Part shown: positions 60,755 through 64,000 of the stretch, piece by piece
How the letters are laid out: each line of letters starts with the position of its first letter
Numbering within the stretch: the first letter of the stretch is position 1
Assembly (NCBI GenBank): GCA_963666285.1
Contig: OY762711.1
Direction: 5' to 3' (one strand)
Origin: Sedimentisphaerales bacterium
Lineage (GTDB): Bacteria; Planctomycetota; Phycisphaerae; Sedimentisphaerales; SM23-30
Length of the DNA stretch: 64,000 nucleotides
Notes under the pieces: model-generated
The model's database searches: none
Told to the model about the DNA's origin: nothing
Seen by the model: the letters and a program-made list of their open reading frames with translations, nothing else
Translations under genes and position numbers: made by a program

Positions 60755-61390
60755 ATGAAGAAATTTTTAGTTTTAGCAATGGTTTTTGCTATGAGTGCAG
60801 TGGCTAGTGCAAGCTTCACTTATACTTATAGTGAATTATCGAGTCTTGTATATACTGACCAGGAATTATCCTTGACTGGTTATGATCTAAAACAAAGTGC
60901 AGATCTTACACCATTGGTTGGTAGTTCTGCTCCCTTGTATTTAGATGATACAAAAATGACAGGTCAATATGGATATTTTGCGGGTCTACTTGACAATGGT
61001 TCTCAAAGTGATCCTGATGCACAGTATGCTACAATTGGAACTACAGTAACAGTAGCAGATTCTGTATTTACACTCAACATTTCTAATGATAATGATGATC
61101 TTTGGGGTTACATGTTGTATGCGACAGATGGTTCAACGATAGTTAAAAGCACTGATTTTGTTTGGATTGCTGCTAATGGAACTGATACAGTCCCTTCTCC
61201 AAGTGCAGTATTAACACTTGATCTAAGTTCTTTCACATTAGGTGATAGCGTAGAGATAGGTGTTGCAATTGCTGCAGGTGCTGATTCTGACGTGTTCCAT
61301 AGCTCATTTACAGTTCCAGCTCCAGGTGCTATTGTTCTATCTGGTATCGGTACAGCTTTGGTTGGTTTAGTTCGTCGTCGTAGCCTTTAA
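60755..61390 (+). CDS. PEP-CTERM-like (VPAPGA) surface protein, family A copy 2
   Basis: Ungapped paralogue of 58295..58930 (42 differences in 211 aa by hand count, about 80% identical). Confidence 0.9.
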   Translation: MKKFLVLAMVFAMSAVASASFTYTYSELSSLVYTDQELSLTGYDLKQSADLTPLVGSSAPLYLDDTKMTGQYGYFAGLLDNGSQSDPDAQYATIGTTVTVADSVFTLNISNDNDDLWGYMLYATDGSTIVKSTDFVWIAANGTDTVPSPSAVLTLDLSSFTLGDSVEIGVAIAAGADSDVFHSSFTVPAPGAIVLSGIGTALVGLVRRRSL

Positions 61391-61451
61391 TTTTGACGAA
61401 TTAAAACTTTGATTGCTTGATAGTGATCAGTACAATTGAATTATAATTACG

Positions 61452-61487
61452 AGACAGGATGCACTTAGTGTATTCCTGTCTTTTTTT
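61452..61487 (+). terminator. Intrinsic terminator between A2 and B2
   Basis: AGACAGGATGCAC-tta-GTGTATTCCTGTCT followed by a T-run. Confidence 0.75.
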
Positions 61488-61528
61488 AAAAATTAGAGTA
61501 TTTAAGAATAATTATTGAGGAGAGAGAA

Positions 61529-62200
61529 ATGAAGAAGTTGTTAATACTAATATTGGTATTTTCGTTTGGGAGTATAGTCAACGCAAATTATGATCTTAAA
61601 GTCAAGATGCATACGACAACTCCGTATACTGCACAAATATTAGAGAGTAATATAGACGAAAGTACGATTGCTGGATTAGGTGTACCAACTCATACATCTG
61701 ATTCATTTTATACATTTTGTGTAGAGCAGGGTAGATATTATAATAACCATGGTATATATTATGCCTCTATTGATGATGTTGTATTAGATGGTGGTCAATA
61801 TGACTATGATAACAATGGTTATGCAGAGTTAGACCTGGTTGTTAAGAAACTATATGCCGCATATATCAATGAAGGCGGTTTGTCTTCATATGATATTAGT
61901 GGTAGTGAATTACAGAATGCAATCTGGGGATATATGTATGATCCAGATGCCGCATGGCGTATTTCTGATGATGTAGAAGCTTTTGTTGCTCGGACTGACT
62001 TTGACGAGCTATCCGAAGGGTATATGAATGTTAAAGTAATGAACTTATGGAGTAACTATAATTCAGATACCGGAATATTATATGGAGACAAGCAGTCCCA
62101 GCTGATTATGTTTGCTCCTGCGGTACCAGCTCCAGGTGCTGTGATACTAGCAGGATTGGGTACAAGTCTGGTGGGGCTTATTCGCCGTAGAACTTTATAG
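61529..62200 (+). CDS. PEP-CTERM-like (VPAPGA) surface protein, family B copy 2, putative thioester domain
   Basis: TFCVE, LQNAIW, KQSQL; VPAPGA-TM-RRR. Confidence 0.85.
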   Translation: MKKLLILILVFSFGSIVNANYDLKVKMHTTTPYTAQILESNIDESTIAGLGVPTHTSDSFYTFCVEQGRYYNNHGIYYASIDDVVLDGGQYDYDNNGYAELDLVVKKLYAAYINEGGLSSYDISGSELQNAIWGYMYDPDAAWRISDDVEAFVARTDFDELSEGYMNVKVMNLWSNYNSDTGILYGDKQSQLIMFAPAVPAPGAVILAGLGTSLVGLIRRRTL

Positions 62201-62237
62201 TAATCATTTATCAAATAACGAAACTAACTAAATTAAT

Positions 62238-62266
62238 AACCGTCAGCAGCAGCTGGCGGTTTTTTT
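62238..62266 (+). terminator. Intrinsic terminator
   Basis: AACCGTCAGC-agca-GCTGGCGGTT then TTTTT. Confidence 0.75.
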
Positions 62267-62438
62267 ATGGTCAAAACAATAAATTCTCAAAAAAACATCT
62301 CTTTGATTTGCTCTCTGAATATTTAAATTGTACATTTTGCTACTGAATAACTTAGGGGAAACCATTCCCTGAAGTATTATTGAGCGTAGAATATAAAAAT
62401 AGAAAAAATAACGTCTTATAGAGATGGAGAGAGAAAAG

Positions 62439-63110
62439 ATGAAAAAAGGAATCATTTTGTTAGTATTATGTGCGCTGGCAATCCCAGCAATGGCGGGATT
62501 TGAACTTGGTCTGGTTAGTCTATCTAATCCAAATGGTGATGGCGGGCCATACAGTGTTGATGTCTATGTTGATGGTGAGTATGATTTTGATACTTTCTGT
62601 GTAGAGATGGATGACACTTTCAATCCTAATACTACATATTATGCTACTGTTGATGATCAAGTAATGTATACTCCAGGATGGGATACTGCAGGTAACCTGA
62701 CATCGCTGACAGATATTACCAAAAAGTTGTATTCAGCATATTTGAATGGGTCGCTGGGTAAAGGTCAAAAGGTAGGTTACTATTACGATATCCAGGAAGC
62801 TATCTGGCAGGCACAAGGCAGTGGTATTTTCAATATCCAGGACGCTGCTATTGCAGCAGCTGTATATGGTGATTTTACCGGGCTGGATATTTCGGGCTGG
62901 AACAATGTGAAGGTAATGAACCTTTGGAAGTACAGTTCATATAAAAGTGATGATTATTACGCATATAGTACAAGTTGTGACAAGGATTTTCAGTCTCAGC
63001 TAATTCGCTTGGGTAATGGAGAAACTGTTAATGTACCGGCTCCTGGTGCTGTATTGTTGGCAGGGATAGGTACAAGTATTGTTGGTATGATTCGTCGTCG
63101 TACTTTATAA
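62439..63110 (+). CDS. PEP-CTERM-like (VPAPGA) surface protein, family B copy 3, putative thioester domain
   Basis: Start at the second ATG (GGAG upstream); TFCVE, IQEAIW, FQSQL; VPAPGA-TM-RRR. Confidence 0.85.
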   Translation: MKKGIILLVLCALAIPAMAGFELGLVSLSNPNGDGGPYSVDVYVDGEYDFDTFCVEMDDTFNPNTTYYATVDDQVMYTPGWDTAGNLTSLTDITKKLYSAYLNGSLGKGQKVGYYYDIQEAIWQAQGSGIFNIQDAAIAAAVYGDFTGLDISGWNNVKVMNLWKYSSYKSDDYYAYSTSCDKDFQSQLIRLGNGETVNVPAPGAVLLAGIGTSIVGMIRRRTL

Positions 63111-63139
63111 AGAGAGAGAAAAAGCTTAATAATACATAG

Positions 63140-63176
63140 AAGCCGGCAGTTGATGATAGCTGTCGGCTTTTTTTTT
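63140..63176. terminator. Terminator between convergent genes
   Basis: AAGCCGGCAGT..GCTGTCGGCTT followed by a T-run. Confidence 0.75.
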
Positions 63177-64000
63177 ATTCTGTGATCTTGGTTATTATAC
63201 GGGTGAGCAGGAATTTAAGTTGCGGAATTGAACAATTGGGAATTGCCATTCTTGCTTTTTTACGGTATTCATTCAGCAGCAATTCGGCTTTAGCAACCGA
63301 TATCTTTTTTCCGTTGTTGGCAATAGCATTTAAAATATTTAGCTGGTTTACATCATTGTCTGTATCTTCCAGATCATCTTTAATCTGGTAGGCAATTCCA
63401 AGGTCGTCGCTCAGAATAGTTAACATTTCCAGTGTGTCATTGTCTGCACCACCAAGAATTGCCCCGCTGAGTAATGCTACTCTGAAAGCTGGAGAAGTTT
63501 TATCTCTATATATATTTAATAATCTATCCAGGTCACATTTATTACCGACAAGAGCAAGTTCTGCTCCCTGTCCGCTGCTCAGCTGCTGATGAGCTTTTGC
63601 AATTTCAATAAGAATTTTATTTACTATCGTAGAAGGGCTACATTGCTCAGCAATTAGTCTATAGCCGGTACCGATTAGAAAATCTCCTATATTGATAGCG
63701 AAAGCATCACCATACTGGTTATTTATTGTCGGCAGGCCATATCTTTCGTTATCATTATCTTCAATGTCGTCATGAACAAGAGAAGCTTTGTGAAAAAATT
63801 CAATTGCGACAGAAGTGTGAATAATGCTTTTTGGAAATACAGTATTTTTATCCTTGCATAAACAGTCGTATACTGCTGCGGTCATAATAGGCCTGTGTCT
63901 TTTTCCATCTCTGGCTATCCAGTCAATTGAGATTTGGCTGGTTTCTTCATTTGAGTCAATTTCCATCTTTTCAAAAAGAGCAGCAATATTTTCGTAGCTG
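63175..64000 (-). CDS. Polyprenyl diphosphate synthase family protein (partial; start lies beyond the right edge)
   Basis: GKRHRP, HKASLVHDDIED, AINIGD, GQG, KT, YQIKDDLED; the frame stays open to position 64000. Confidence 0.88.
   Translation of the reverse strand, partial: SYENIAALFEKMEIDSNEETSQISIDWIARDGKRHRPIMTAAVYDCLCKDKNTVFPKSIIHTSVAIEFFHKASLVHDDIEDNDNERYGLPTINNQYGDAFAINIGDFLIGTGYRLIAEQCSPSTIVNKILIEIAKAHQQLSSGQGAELALVGNKCDLDRLLNIYRDKTSPAFRVALLSGAILGGADNDTLEMLTILSDDLGIAYQIKDDLEDTDNDVNQLNILNAIANNGKKISVAKAELLLNEYRKKARMAIPNCSIPQLKFLLTRIITKITE

Overview
AT-rich bacterial chromosomal window. The gene families (TIGR02989-type ECF sigma factors with FecR-like partners, an H-X9-DG prepilin-like protein, LamG/Ig/dockerin-like exoproteins, VPAPGA sorting signals) suggest a planctomycete of class Phycisphaerae, Sedimentisphaerales-like; this is inference. 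Left to right: (1) a minus-strand mannose/mannoside operon (Fru-family PTS EIIC, EIIB and HPr-EI-EIIA fusion, GH92, MFS, ROK, GH125, ManA) with a divergent AraC regulator; (2) an ECF/anti-sigma/LamG module followed by an arabinofuranosidase cluster (DUF4965-type, GH51, GH127-like, GH43-peptidase fusion); (3) a 1.6 kb non-coding mosaic of heptamer runs and hairpins, two secreted proteins with patchy GC content, and a 19-unit heptamer array; (4) a second prepilin/ECF/anti-sigma/LamG module, then two unrelated genes bracketed by copies of a structured repeat; (5) amtB-glnK with a sigma-54 promoter, a phosphoesterase, yidC, yraN, GH105-like, and ffh-orf-rpsP-trmD-rplS; (6) five PEP-CTERM-like (VPAPGA) surface proteins, then a partial polyprenyl synthetase. 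Best novelty candidates: three PEP-CTERM-like proteins with Cys-Gln thioester-domain motifs; a duplicated long 5' leader ahead of these genes with boxA-like and pseudoknot-like conserved blocks; a stand-alone Ffh M-domain paralogue whose RNA-binding arginines are replaced mostly by acidic residues; a GH43-metallopeptidase fusion; and repeat-delimited single-gene cassettes. All family calls come from motifs recognised by eye; no database searches were run. No tRNA, rRNA, CRISPR array, intact transposase, integrase or reverse transcriptase was seen.
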